NCBI GenBank assembly: GCA_002685255.1
Contig: NYWU01000016.1
Location: 115,043-179,042 of the forward strand
From: Idiomarinaceae bacterium
GTDB taxonomy: Bacteria; Pseudomonadota; Gammaproteobacteria; Enterobacterales; Alteromonadaceae
DNA length: 64,000 nt
Direction of reading: 5' to 3'
Below the pieces are notes generated by a model, which was given only the letters and a program-made list of their open reading frames with translations, ran no database searches and was not told the DNA's origin. A program made the translations under genes and the position numbers. This document shows, piece after piece, positions 30,549-40,919 of this stretch (the first letter of the stretch is position 1; the number at the start of each line of letters is the position of its first letter).

Positions 30549-31196
30549 GTGTTAAATTTAGATTTTCAGCAACGTGTTGTCATTAATACTTCAGAACAAG
30601 ATTGGATCGATAGCCCCTCAGCAGGCGTGAAGCGTAAACTACTCGAACGAGAAGAGGCTGAGCGAGGTCGCGCAACCAGTATCGTTGAATATAAACCCGG
30701 CGCATCGTTTAATACCCACTCACACCCACTGGGTGAAGAAATACTGGTGCTGTCAGGTGTATTTTCTGACGAATATGGTGACTATCCAGCGGGTACCTAT
30801 CTCAGAAACCCGCCCGGCAGTAGCCATGCCCCTTTTAGTAAAGAGGGTTGCGTACTATTGGTAAAACTCCACCAGTTCCAACAGGATGATACCGCCACAG
30901 TCAGAGTTAATACTCAGCAGACGGACTGGCTAGCCGGTCAAGGCCGACTCAAGGTGATGCCGTTGCATAGTCACGGCACCGAACACGTCGCACTCGTAAA
31001 ATGGCCACACAATGAGAGATTCAAGCCTCATAGGCACCTCGGTGGCGAAGAAATATTTGTGTTGTCCGGCGAGTTTTGTGATGAACACGGTCGCTATCCG
31101 AAAGAAACCTGGCTCCGTAACCCACATATGAGCGTTCACCACCCGTTCGTGGATGAAGAAACCGTTATCTGGGTCAAGACTGGGCATTTGGGTTAG
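30549..31196 (+). CDS. ChrR-like double cupin protein
   Basis: H.HPLGEEILVLSG and HRHLGGEEIFVLSG, YLRNP/WLRNP repeats; GTG start. Confidence 0.85.
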   Translation: MLNLDFQQRVVINTSEQDWIDSPSAGVKRKLLEREEAERGRATSIVEYKPGASFNTHSHPLGEEILVLSGVFSDEYGDYPAGTYLRNPPGSSHAPFSKEGCVLLVKLHQFQQDDTATVRVNTQQTDWLAGQGRLKVMPLHSHGTEHVALVKWPHNERFKPHRHLGGEEIFVLSGEFCDEHGRYPKETWLRNPHMSVHHPFVDEETVIWVKTGHLG

Positions 31197-31219
31197 TCAC
31201 CCTAAATGCCCTTTGCTCG

Positions 31220-33151
31220 TTATAAATGCTTGTCTAGGAACGTCTCAATTTCTGAGAACGCTTTAATACGATTAGGTTCGCGGTCTAAAAAGTGCGAGCC
31301 GAAATCGAGCTCAACATACTTAACCTCTTTACCGGCATTGTCTAACGCCGAGTACAGCGTCTCAGATTGGGCAATCCGAACGCGTGTATCAAGCGCTCCA
31401 TGAATCAGCAAAATAGGTCGTTTTACTTTCTCAACATGGTTAATGATAGAGTTTTCACGCATGCGCGTCGCATCCGCTTCGTCTTTGTAATCGCCAATAG
31501 TTTCAGAGCGCACGGCACTTAGAAACTCAAATGCACCATCATATTCGACCATTCGATTTAAGTCGCTGATTCCGGCAATACTGACAAAACAATTAAATCG
31601 CTCTGGGGTCTTGTGCGCTGCCGTCAATGCGACATATCCACCATAACTCATACCCACAACACACATGTTATCGCCATCAATGCCAGGCTGGTTAACTGCC
31701 CAATCAACCGCAGTCATGACGTCGTCCTGCATCTTTAAGCCCCACTGCTCGTAACCTGCAACCTCAAAGCGGCTTCCATAGCCCGATGAGCCTCTGAAGT
31801 TTGGTTGCAGAACGGCATATCCTCGACTAGTAAAGAATTGAACCGCATAGTTAAAATATTTGTAATCACGTGCATCAGGACCACCATGAGGGAAAACGAT
31901 CAATGGCGCTTCCGTAGACGAATCAATTGGCTTCGTTAAATAGCCATGAATAGTCAGCCCGTCATCGGTCTTAAGTGAGAAATTTTCGACTTTCGCGTTT
32001 TGCTTTTCGACAAGGTATGGATACTCGCTATACCACGGCGTCGCTTTACCTTGGGCTAAATCAACTAAATAGTAACGTCCTGGCTTATCATCCGTTACGC
32101 CGTATACCAGTAGCTTGGTTTTATCATCACTGCGAGAAACAATGTAGGTTTCAAGTTGGCTAAAGGTATTACTAATAAGCTGACTTTGTTTATCGTCTTG
32201 CCCGCCAAAGTAGTGCTTCTGCAGGAAGTCATCAAAATAAGTCACGCCAATAATTTTGTCGTCTCGCTCAATTACAGACGCCACATCGTACTCTGGGTGG
32301 GTATACAATAGCTCTTTATATTCATTGGTCTCGATATCGAATGAGTACAGCGACAGTCTGCCCGTTTTATAGTCAGACAGCACGTAGGCGAGCTGGTTTT
32401 CTGCATCAAACCCTACCGGATTAAACACAGCGTCTTTAATAACCTCAAATGATTTCAGTTTTTTCCACTCTTGGTCCTCATCGGGGCGGTACCAAAAGGT
32501 ACGCAATAGTGGATTATTTTCGTCATACGCGAGACCGAGTTTAACTTTTCCCTCAGAGTCGGTGTACCACGAAGATACCTGGTATCTATTAATAAATAGC
32601 TTTTCGAAGGCATTCTCGTAAATATTAACCTTGTAGGCCACTGGGTAGTTTTCGCGATCGTTATAACCCTGCAAAATAATGTGTTTGGGGTCTTCTTCTA
32701 AGTAGCTAAGCACATTCGCGTTATCTCTAAACCGAGATAAAGAGTCATCTTTAGAGGCGCGTTGCTTAATCTCAACCAGATCACTGCCATCGTAGTTTAC
32801 AGCGTATAAGCGACCTATTTTGAAGCGTCTACCCGCAATCAACTCAACATAACTCGCAGATACCAACAACCTTTCATTATTTGCCCACTCTATCCAGTCA
32901 ATTCGAGCCTCTCCCTCTTTAAGTTCAACGACGGTAACCAAGTCACTTTTACCGAATTGGCTTACGGCTACATTGTAGCCGTCGCCATTAGCGACCAGCA
33001 CAGCAACATGTTTACCATCAGGTGAAATAGAAGGTTGCGCGACCATCGGTAAATGAGCGTAATGTTCAACGGGAGGGGTTTCGGCGATTGCGGTGCTCGG
33101 TACTAAACCCAACACAGTGCCTATAAGAACTAAAGGTAATAATATTTTCAT
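31220..33151 (-). CDS. Secreted S9 family peptidase
   Basis: signal peptide; HGGP, QPNFRGSSGYG, GMSYGG, HG.LD.RV, GSHF. Confidence 0.9.
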   Translation of the reverse strand: MKILLPLVLIGTVLGLVPSTAIAETPPVEHYAHLPMVAQPSISPDGKHVAVLVANGDGYNVAVSQFGKSDLVTVVELKEGEARIDWIEWANNERLLVSASYVELIAGRRFKIGRLYAVNYDGSDLVEIKQRASKDDSLSRFRDNANVLSYLEEDPKHIILQGYNDRENYPVAYKVNIYENAFEKLFINRYQVSSWYTDSEGKVKLGLAYDENNPLLRTFWYRPDEDQEWKKLKSFEVIKDAVFNPVGFDAENQLAYVLSDYKTGRLSLYSFDIETNEYKELLYTHPEYDVASVIERDDKIIGVTYFDDFLQKHYFGGQDDKQSQLISNTFSQLETYIVSRSDDKTKLLVYGVTDDKPGRYYLVDLAQGKATPWYSEYPYLVEKQNAKVENFSLKTDDGLTIHGYLTKPIDSSTEAPLIVFPHGGPDARDYKYFNYAVQFFTSRGYAVLQPNFRGSSGYGSRFEVAGYEQWGLKMQDDVMTAVDWAVNQPGIDGDNMCVVGMSYGGYVALTAAHKTPERFNCFVSIAGISDLNRMVEYDGAFEFLSAVRSETIGDYKDEADATRMRENSIINHVEKVKRPILLIHGALDTRVRIAQSETLYSALDNAGKEVKYVELDFGSHFLDREPNRIKAFSEIETFLDKHL

Positions 33152-33333
33152 AATGCGTCGATTTTTTATTGTTTAGGCAACAATATAAAATAAATGTTAT
33201 TTTTACAATCGCTCTGTAACTTTTTTATACGATCTATATACTAGTCGTGATTACTCGAACAACAGCGCTTTACCCAGCGCGCGTTGAGTGATTTACTAGA
33301 GCCTGTCATCTTCATCGCATCCGTTATTTAACC

Positions 33334-34254
33334 ATGTCCAAACTCGCATCTCCGCTCGCAAACATTCATGCGCGCGTCGACTTACTGCTTAATCAAGTCG
33401 CTCAAGGCACGGAGTTTCATTTTCAATCAGGACTCTGTGGTGATTGGACATTAATGGCCAATAAACCCACTAAAGCGGCATTGCACCTAGTCACTGAAGG
33501 TCATTGCTGGTTTGGCTTGTCGCCCCAGCAGCCCAGCGTATTAGAGCTTAACGCCGGTGACATTATTTTTGTGAATCAAGGAGTGTCTCACTTTCTTAGC
33601 TATAGCCCAGTTCCGAATGATATCGCTGAACACGAGCTCGCTTCCTTTTGTGAACCCGAACACCAGCAAGACGGTGTCGTGTGCTATGACATTGACAGCC
33701 CCTCTCAGACAACCGATACCGTGTTTCGTTTGCTACCACCATGGCTGGTGCTAAGCCACGAACGTCAGGCACATGAAATGAAGGCGATCATTGACATGAT
33801 TCGCGCCGAGGCCAAGCGCAATGAACCCGGCGGTTCGGCGATTGTACAGCGCTTGAGTGATGTGCTGGCTATTCACTTATTGCGAGCCGTGATTGACGGA
33901 CACCAAGAGCTTACAGGTCCATTAGCGGCCCTTCAGGATAAATATCTGCGCGATTTAGTGTTCACCATTATCGAACACCCCGCAGCGAACTGGTCCGTAG
34001 AATCTATGGCAAAGCAGGTGTTTTTGTCGCCGAGTGCGTTTGCGGAGCGTTGTCATAAACAAACGGGATTGTCGCCAAAGAAGCTCGTTGATCAGCTTCG
34101 TATGCAACGGGCCCGTATGTTGCTCAACAATACCGCGTTGCCATTAACTGCCATAGCACAACAAGTCGGCTATCAATCAGTCGCTGCATTCAGCCGATTT
34201 TTTAAACGCTACGCAGGTATCGCTGCAAGTGATTACAGGGAAACCGGCAGATGA
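33334..34254 (+). CDS. AraC-family regulator with cupin sensor (RclR-like)
   Basis: N-terminal LCGDW/GHCW/VVCYD; C-terminal WSVESMA..SPSAF, VGYQSVAAFSRFFKR. Confidence 0.85.
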   Translation: MSKLASPLANIHARVDLLLNQVAQGTEFHFQSGLCGDWTLMANKPTKAALHLVTEGHCWFGLSPQQPSVLELNAGDIIFVNQGVSHFLSYSPVPNDIAEHELASFCEPEHQQDGVVCYDIDSPSQTTDTVFRLLPPWLVLSHERQAHEMKAIIDMIRAEAKRNEPGGSAIVQRLSDVLAIHLLRAVIDGHQELTGPLAALQDKYLRDLVFTIIEHPAANWSVESMAKQVFLSPSAFAERCHKQTGLSPKKLVDQLRMQRARMLLNNTALPLTAIAQQVGYQSVAAFSRFFKRYAGIAASDYRETGR

Positions 34255-34271
34255 TGCGACCGGTTGTTGTT

Positions 34272-34303
34272 CAAAACAACTGTTTTCACAACCAAAACGA
34301 CTG
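34272..34303 (+). promoter_or_regulatory. AraC-type tandem direct repeat
   Basis: CAAAACAACTG (34272) and CAAAACGACTG (34293), 21-bp period. Confidence 0.55.
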
Positions 34304-34389
34304 ACCCACCTGAACATTCTTTCCTAAGCTCTGGTTTAGCGCCTAAGATGCATAGACACGCTTAATCACAACACAGTTGGAGAGAGAAT

Positions 34390-34929
34390 ATGGCAGAGTT
34401 TAAATTACACGATGCATCGTCAGCTCCTGAAGAGAGTAAACCACTCATTAAAAATTCAGAGAAAGCATTTGGCATGCTACCTAACTTACATGCGGTCATG
34501 GCAGAAGCGCCTGGATTACTAAAAGCCTACCAAGACAGCCATGAATTGTTCATGAACAGTAGCTTTGACAAAAATGAGCTCACGGTCGTTTGGCAAACAA
34601 TTAATGTTTACCATGAGTGCCACTATTGCGTACCCGCACATACCGCTATCGCCAAACAAATGGGTGCTGACGACGCAATCACCGACAATATTCGTGCAGG
34701 AAAAGCGCTCGACGATAGCAAATTACGAGCTCTGCGCGACTTCACACTTGTGATGCTCGAGAAACGTGGACAAGCGACAGAAGATGACCTTGCCACGTTC
34801 TTTAACGCAGGTTACAGCCAACGTCATGCACTCGATGTGGTGCTTGGCCTCGCTCAGAAAACCATGAGTAACTACACCAATGCTATTGCTGGCACGCCTA
34901 TCGACGGGCCTTTTAAAAAGTTTGAGTAA
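34390..34929 (+). CDS. AhpD/carboxymuconolactone decarboxylase family peroxidase
   Basis: FGMLPNL, HECHYCVPAH (CxxC), KTMSNYTN. Confidence 0.85.
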   Translation: MAEFKLHDASSAPEESKPLIKNSEKAFGMLPNLHAVMAEAPGLLKAYQDSHELFMNSSFDKNELTVVWQTINVYHECHYCVPAHTAIAKQMGADDAITDNIRAGKALDDSKLRALRDFTLVMLEKRGQATEDDLATFFNAGYSQRHALDVVLGLAQKTMSNYTNAIAGTPIDGPFKKFE

Positions 34930-35000
34930 CTCGCACCTAAAGTTGCTTATCGAACACCACCCTCTCGTGCCCGTTGGGCACGAGTTTTGGAGAAGCAAAA

Positions 35001-35399
35001 ATGACGCAATCACTCGAGCAAAAACTACAATGGGCACTACTCACCCTGCGTGCCGGTATTTTTATCGTGATGTTTATTTGGGCAGTTGATAAGCTGGTAA
35101 ACCCAAGTCACTCGGTCGCCGTGTTCGAAGGCTTTTACGGCATTAGCGGATTATCGACAACCCTTGCCAACGTCATGGGTGTCTTACAAATTGTGTTAAC
35201 ACTGGCGTTTTTGGCAGGACTTTGGAAAACACTCACATATGGTGTGATTCTGGTAATGCATGGCATGTCGACATTTTCTTCGTTTGCACAATACCTCGAC
35301 GCCTTTAATAACTTGTTGTTCTTTGCCGCATGGCCAATGTTAGCGGCGTGTATCGCGCTATTTATGTTGCGCGAATACGATACGAAGCTGTCGTTTTGA
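35001..35399 (+). CDS. DoxX-family membrane protein
   Basis: LR.G...M..WA.DK, FFAAWPMLA; ATG 35001 with GGAG RBS. Confidence 0.7.
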   Translation: MTQSLEQKLQWALLTLRAGIFIVMFIWAVDKLVNPSHSVAVFEGFYGISGLSTTLANVMGVLQIVLTLAFLAGLWKTLTYGVILVMHGMSTFSSFAQYLDAFNNLLFFAAWPMLAACIALFMLREYDTKLSF

Positions 35400-35406
35400 T
35401 ACTATT

Positions 35407-35435
35407 AAAGGTCGCACAAAACGCGCGACCTTTTT
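35407..35435 (+). terminator. Terminator whose stem is an 18/20 match to the local REP-like palindrome
   Basis: AAAG-GTCGCACAAAACGCGCGACC-TTTTT. Confidence 0.65.
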
Positions 35436-35534
35436 ATTCTGTATTATTTGTACGCCTTGTAACGCAATCTTCCTTTGTCATTTGCGGCCAAAACGCGTAG
35501 ATTACGCGCCTATTTTTTATTCAGGTGCGTAAAC

Positions 35535-37127
35535 GTGATTTCTGCTTCAAACATCACCATGCAATTTGGTGCAAAACCTTTATTCGAAAACATTTCAGTG
35601 AAATTTGGCGAAGGTAACCGCTACGGTCTGATCGGCGCCAACGGCTGTGGTAAATCTACGTTTATGCGCATCCTCAGCGGCGACCAAGAGCCCTCGTCTG
35701 GCAATGTATCTACTGACCCAAATATGCGCGTCGGTAAATTGAGGCAGGATCAGTTCGCTTATGAGCAATTCAGTGTCGTTGATACCGTTATCATGGGTCA
35801 CGAGGAGCTTTGGCAAGTAAAAGCGGAACGCGATCGTATTTATAGCTTACCTGAGATGAGCGAAGAGGATGGCATGCGTGTTGCTGATCTCGAAGTCGCG
35901 TTTGCCGAAATGGACGGTTACACAGCAGAGTCACGCGCAGGCGAACTGTTACTCGGTGTCGGTATTCCGCTTGAGGCGCATTTTGGCTTGATGAGCGAAC
36001 TTGCACCGGGTCTTAAGTTGCGGGTTTTGCTCGCACAGGTGTTGTTTTCAGAACCTGATATTATGTTACTGGACGAACCGACCAACAACTTGGACATCAA
36101 CACGATTCGTTGGCTAGAAACGGTACTCAATGAGCGCCAAGCGACGATGATCATTATTTCGCACGATCGGCACTTCCTTAACAGCGTGTGTACCCACATG
36201 GCCGACATCGATTACGGCGAGTTACGCGTGTATCCAGGTAACTACGATCAGTACATGTTCGCAGCGACACAAGCACGCGAGCAACTACTGAATGAGAATG
36301 CGCGTAAAAAGGATAAAATCGCCGAACTGCAACAGTTTGTCAGCCGATTCTCTGCTAACGCATCAAAAGCCAAACAAGCGACCTCGCGAGCCAAACAGAT
36401 CGAGAAGATCCAGTTAGCCGAAGTCAAAGCATCGAGCCGAGTGAGTCCATACATTCGTTTCGAACAAGAGAAGAAACTGTATCGCTTAGCCCTCGAGATC
36501 GAGGGACTTAATAAATCCTTTGGTGACTTACACGTATTAAAAGATTTGAACGCCATGGTCGAAGTCGGCGAAAAGGTCGCGATACTCGGCGCTAACGGTA
36601 TCGGCAAAACCACGCTGCTGAAGTGTTTGGTCGATCAATACGCCGCTGACGATGGCATCATTAAGTGGTCTGAGAACGTTAATATAGGTTATTATGCACA
36701 AGACCATGCCGACTGGTTCAAACAGGACATGACTGTATTTGATTGGATGAGCCAGTGGAAGCAACCACACCATGATGAGCAAGCCATTCGCGGCGTGTTG
36801 GGTCGCATGTTGTTCTCTCAGGACGATATCAAAAAGCCAGTGTCGATTTTATCGGGTGGAGAAAAAGGTCGCATGATCTTTGGCAAGCTCATTATGCAGC
36901 GTCCCAACGTATTAGTGATGGATGAGCCGACCAACCACTTGGATATGGAATCAATTGAAGCACTCAACCTAGCACTCGAAAACTACGATGGCACAGTACT
37001 TTTCGTCAGTCATGACCGCGAGTTTGTATCGTCACTGGCATCTCGTATTATTGAATTAACCGACAAAGGCATGCGTGACTTCTCGGGAAGTTACGACGAC
37101 TATTTGAAACAACTTCAATCCGCTTAA
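35535..37127 (+). CDS. ybiT: ABC-F family ATPase (YbiT-like)
   Basis: two ABC domains ([18 protein letters not shown]), [19 protein letters not shown]; GTG 35535. Confidence 0.9.
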   Translation: MISASNITMQFGAKPLFENISVKFGEGNRYGLIGANGCGKSTFMRILSGDQEPSSGNVSTDPNMRVGKLRQDQFAYEQFSVVDTVIMGHEELWQVKAERDRIYSLPEMSEEDGMRVADLEVAFAEMDGYTAESRAGELLLGVGIPLEAHFGLMSELAPGLKLRVLLAQVLFSEPDIMLLDEPTNNLDINTIRWLETVLNERQATMIIISHDRHFLNSVCTHMADIDYGELRVYPGNYDQYMFAATQAREQLLNENARKKDKIAELQQFVSRFSANASKAKQATSRAKQIEKIQLAEVKASSRVSPYIRFEQEKKLYRLALEIEGLNKSFGDLHVLKDLNAMVEVGEKVAILGANGIGKTTLLKCLVDQYAADDGIIKWSENVNIGYYAQDHADWFKQDMTVFDWMSQWKQPHHDEQAIRGVLGRMLFSQDDIKKPVSILSGGEKGRMIFGKLIMQRPNVLVMDEPTNHLDMESIEALNLALENYDGTVLFVSHDREFVSSLASRIIELTDKGMRDFSGSYDDYLKQLQSA

Positions 37128-37150
37128 GTTAATTAATCAAAAAATGGTAC

Positions 37151-37173
37151 GTCGCGCAAAATGCGCGACCTAC
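37151..37173 (-). repeat. REP-like palindrome GTAG-GTCGCGCA-TTT-TGCGCGAC
   Basis: identical 23-mer also at 42271-42293 and 44734-44756. Confidence 0.7.
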
Positions 37174-37265
37174 CGAGTAATAGGCTGAACCTCCGTACCC
37201 GACCTCATATTTTTGCTACCATCAACAAAATTTTAATAATTCTAACTAAAATAGGTAGTTGAACT

Positions 37266-40200
37266 ATGAAACGACTGGTAACTAGCCTGCTTGTTTCTGC
37301 GGCCTTTGGCGCCTCTGCGTCAAACGGAGCTCCAGAACGACCGCTAATCATGCAACCCGAAATCAGCCCCGATGGCACCCAAATCGCCTTCAGTTATCAA
37401 GGTGATATCTGGACCATGTCAACGTCGGGTACTCATCCCAACCGTTTAACCATCCACGAGGGCTATGAGAGCTCACCAAAGTGGTCAAAAGACGGTAAAA
37501 CCATCGCGTTTAGTAGCGACCGATTTGGTAATGACGATGTGTTCGTGATGCCTAGCCAAGGCGGTCGTCCCGATCGTTTGACCTACCATAGTGCGCCTGA
37601 TCGTGTGCTTGGGTTTGGTAATGATAACCAAGTACTATTTAATACGCGTCGCTTATACGCTGAAGTTGAGCGTGAATGGGAAGTTTACGGCGTTGCGCCG
37701 AGTGGCGATGCGACCGAAGCCCGCTTTATGGATGCGCTCGGTTTTGACGCGGTGGTATCGCCTGACGGCAAAAAAATTGCTTTTGTTCGAGGCACATGCC
37801 GCATTTCACGCGAAGATTATCGCGGTCCGGCAAACCGCAATATCTGGATTTACGATACCGAAACGGGTGAATACGAGCAATTGACCGACTTTGATGGCAA
37901 CGACTTTATGCCACAATGGTCTAGTAACAACGAGTTGTATTTTATTTCATCGCGCGCGGGTAAATACAACGTATTTAAGCAGAAGCTGGGGTCAAACCGC
38001 GCCGAGCAAATTACTGATGAGCGCGAGTTTGGCGTCGAGCACTTCAGCATCGATAAGCAGGCCAATCACCTTGTTTATCAAGCTGCCGATAAAGTGCAAT
38101 TAATAGCCGGTAGCAAGCGTCAATCACTCGACCTATCGATTCCTACAGACTTTCGTTTTGACCCGGTCACTAACAAATCGACCACCGATGCTTTGGATGA
38201 GTACAGTGTCTCACCCAACGGTAAGTTGATTTCTTATGTCGTGCGCGGCGACGTATTTGTTAAGCGCAACGATAAAGAAGATAAGCGCTCAGTCAGACTC
38301 ACCACGGGTGCCGCACGCGACAGAGATGTTGCTTGGTTAGACGACAACACCGTGTTGTTTGTTTCTGACCGCGATGGTCAAAATGATATTTTTGCAGTGA
38401 CATCAGCGGATTCTGAAGAGCCAAACCTTTTTAGGTCGTTAAAGCATTCCGTTGAACCGGTAACGCGCACAGATGCCGAAGAACATGAGCCTTTGGTGTC
38501 GCCAGATGGTAAAAAAGTGGCTTACCGTGAAGGTCGTGGAAAACTCATTGTCGCAGATGTAGCCGATGATCAGTCACTGACCAACCCCGTGGTGCTATTA
38601 GACGGCTGGGCAACACCGAGCGGTGTCAGCTGGTCGCCAGACAGCCAGTGGCTAGCCTACGCTAAATCTGACTTATCATTTAACAGCGAAATCTTTATTC
38701 ATGCGGCGGATAACTCTCAAGAACCCGTTAACGTCAGCATGCATCCAAAAGGCGATTACAGCCCAGTCTGGTCTCCGAATGGCAGCAAGTTAGGCTTTAG
38801 TTCCATGCGGAACAATGGCGATTACGACATTTGGTTTGCATGGCTAAAAGAAAGCGATTGGCAACGTTCGCAAGAGGAGTGGAAACGCGACGAGTTTGTT
38901 GAGGAAACCGCGGATGCCAAAGAATCTGAAGACGATTCGGACGCTACGGAAGAAGCCGTTGAACCCATGCAGATTGATTTGGATGGTATCTATAAACGGC
39001 TTGTTCAAGTAACACGTTTTGCAGGTAACGAATCTGGTTTAGCGTTCGACAAAGAAGGCGAGCACGTTTATTACACCATCGGTGGTGCCGGTCGCCAGAA
39101 CTTCGAGATGGACCAAGACCTGTTCAAAATTAAGTGGAATGGCGAAGACAAAGAGCACATCATTAAAGGTGACCAAAGCCCTCGCAGCTTATCGCTGAGT
39201 ACCGATGGCAAAAGCCTTTTTGCACTTGTCGAGCGCGGCACTTTAGTGAAGGTCGATACCAAAAAGGACGAACCAGAAACCCTATCGACGGTATCTCAAC
39301 AAACCATCGAGCATATGGCCGAACGGGCGCAGATCTTTGATGAGGCGTGGCAAGCGCTGAACGCAGGCTTCTATGATCCTGAATTTCACGGCAACGACTG
39401 GCAAGCGCTGAAAGAAAAATATCGTCCACTGGCGTTGAAAGCATCAACGAAAGAAGACTTTCAGTACATCTTTAACTTGATGCTTGGTCAAGTGAACGCA
39501 AGTCACATGGGTCTGTATCGTGGTGAAAACCCGAAAGACACCCAAGAAACCCGCACCGGTTTGCTGGGTGTCGAAGTCGTGCCCACTGCCGATGGCTTAA
39601 AAGTGACCTCTGTCTTGGATAAAAGCCCTGCCGCTCGTGATGAGAGCCGCCTGCAAGTCGGCGATGTCATCACACAGGTCAACCAACAGTCGGTTAAAAG
39701 TGCAAACTTTTATCAGCTGCTGAACGGCTATGCTAACCAACGCGTATTGCTCGATATTAATCGAGCCGACCAGCCAACCGAAGTGGTACTTTGGCCAACC
39801 ACAAGTTTAAGTGACGAGAAGTACGACAACTGGGTCGAAACACGTCGCAAGCTGACCGAAGAATATTCCAACGGTCGCCTAGGCTACTTGCATATTCGCG
39901 GTATGAACTGGACCAGCTTCGAACGTTTTGAGCGTGAACTAATGGCCGCCGGTTACGGCAAAGACGGTATCGTCATTGACGTACGCTACAACGGTGGTGG
40001 CTGGACAACCGACTACCTCATGGCGGTATTAAACGTCGAGCAACACGCTTACACGATCCCGCGCGGTGCGACTGACAATCTGGACAAAGACCAGAAGAAA
40101 TTCAGAGATAAATACCCCTACTCTGAACGTTTACCTTTGTCAGCATGGACCAAACCATCGATCGCCATGAGCAACGAAAACAGCTACTCAAACGCTGAAA

Positions 40201-40472
40201 TTTTTGCTCATGCGTATAAGTCATTAGATATTGGTAAACTCGTTGGCCGCCCGACCTTTGGCGCGGTTATCAGTACCGGTGCTGAGCGCTTAGTCGATGG
40301 CTCCATTATCAGAATGCCGTTTAGAGGCTGGTGGGTGAAAGAATCGGACGCCAACATGGACTTTACCCCAGCACAACCTGATATTGAGGTCTTTAATCCA
40401 CCGGCATATAAAGCCAAGAACGTGGATCCGCAATTAGAACGTGCCGTTGAAGAGTTGTTGAAGACGCTTTAA
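37266..40472 (+). CDS. Tricorn-like S41 peptidase (WD40/PD40 repeats, PDZ)
   Basis: signal peptide; repeated SPDG/WSP.G; DVRYNGGG, NENSYSNAE, T.GAVI, P.RGW. Confidence 0.92.
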   Translation: MKRLVTSLLVSAAFGASASNGAPERPLIMQPEISPDGTQIAFSYQGDIWTMSTSGTHPNRLTIHEGYESSPKWSKDGKTIAFSSDRFGNDDVFVMPSQGGRPDRLTYHSAPDRVLGFGNDNQVLFNTRRLYAEVEREWEVYGVAPSGDATEARFMDALGFDAVVSPDGKKIAFVRGTCRISREDYRGPANRNIWIYDTETGEYEQLTDFDGNDFMPQWSSNNELYFISSRAGKYNVFKQKLGSNRAEQITDEREFGVEHFSIDKQANHLVYQAADKVQLIAGSKRQSLDLSIPTDFRFDPVTNKSTTDALDEYSVSPNGKLISYVVRGDVFVKRNDKEDKRSVRLTTGAARDRDVAWLDDNTVLFVSDRDGQNDIFAVTSADSEEPNLFRSLKHSVEPVTRTDAEEHEPLVSPDGKKVAYREGRGKLIVADVADDQSLTNPVVLLDGWATPSGVSWSPDSQWLAYAKSDLSFNSEIFIHAADNSQEPVNVSMHPKGDYSPVWSPNGSKLGFSSMRNNGDYDIWFAWLKESDWQRSQEEWKRDEFVEETADAKESEDDSDATEEAVEPMQIDLDGIYKRLVQVTRFAGNESGLAFDKEGEHVYYTIGGAGRQNFEMDQDLFKIKWNGEDKEHIIKGDQSPRSLSLSTDGKSLFALVERGTLVKVDTKKDEPETLSTVSQQTIEHMAERAQIFDEAWQALNAGFYDPEFHGNDWQALKEKYRPLALKASTKEDFQYIFNLMLGQVNASHMGLYRGENPKDTQETRTGLLGVEVVPTADGLKVTSVLDKSPAARDESRLQVGDVITQVNQQSVKSANFYQLLNGYANQRVLLDINRADQPTEVVLWPTTSLSDEKYDNWVETRRKLTEEYSNGRLGYLHIRGMNWTSFERFERELMAAGYGKDGIVIDVRYNGGGWTTDYLMAVLNVEQHAYTIPRGATDNLDKDQKKFRDKYPYSERLPLSAWTKPSIAMSNENSYSNAEIFAHAYKSLDIGKLVGRPTFGAVISTGAERLVDGSIIRMPFRGWWVKESDANMDFTPAQPDIEVFNPPAYKAKNVDPQLERAVEELLKTL

Positions 40473-40495
40473 GCCGTTTTAAGGGTGGTTTAATG

Positions 40496-40528
40496 AAAGG
40501 CGGGCTCTGTTTAGGGCTCGCTTTTTTT
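40496..40528 (+). terminator. Rho-independent terminator
   Basis: GCGGGCTCT-gttt-AGGGCTCGC-TTTTTTT. Confidence 0.7.
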
Positions 40529-40568
40529 GTGGGGTCTCAAAAACTTCTAAAGAACTGTAATGCCTGCT

Positions 40569-40644
40569 TTTATACAGATATATGTATAAACTTGCTTTAT
40601 GCAAATTACGGTATAAAATTATTTTATTCACAATTCTGCATAAA
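40569..40644. promoter_or_regulatory. Three HipB-type operators at 27-bp period
   Basis: TATAC-N8-GTATA (40571), TATGC-N8-GTATA (40598), TATTC-N8-GCATA (40625), each flanked TT..AA. Confidence 0.75.
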
Positions 40645-40652
40645 AAACTGAC

Positions 40653-40919
40653 ATGAAAATTAATACGCCAAAAGATCTAAGTGCCGTCATCAGGGACAGT
40701 CGAAAGCTCAAAGGCTGGACCCAAGCCGATTTGGCCAAACGTATCGGAGTATATCAAAGAGATATTTCTAACTGTGAAACCAAACCTGAAAAAATCTCTG
40801 TCGATATGCTCATCAAACTGTGTGCGGTACTCGAATTGGAGTTTAAGATCGTCAACCTGCCCAAGAATGAAGTGTCCACGCCGACTAATTCACTTGCGAA
40901 AAAATCATTGAGATTCTAA
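40653..40919 (+). CDS. hipB: HipB-like HTH antitoxin
   Basis: INTPKDLS..IR..RK..GWTQADLA..IG...IS..E; 1-nt overlap with hipA. Confidence 0.85.
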   Translation: MKINTPKDLSAVIRDSRKLKGWTQADLAKRIGVYQRDISNCETKPEKISVDMLIKLCAVLELEFKIVNLPKNEVSTPTNSLAKKSLRF

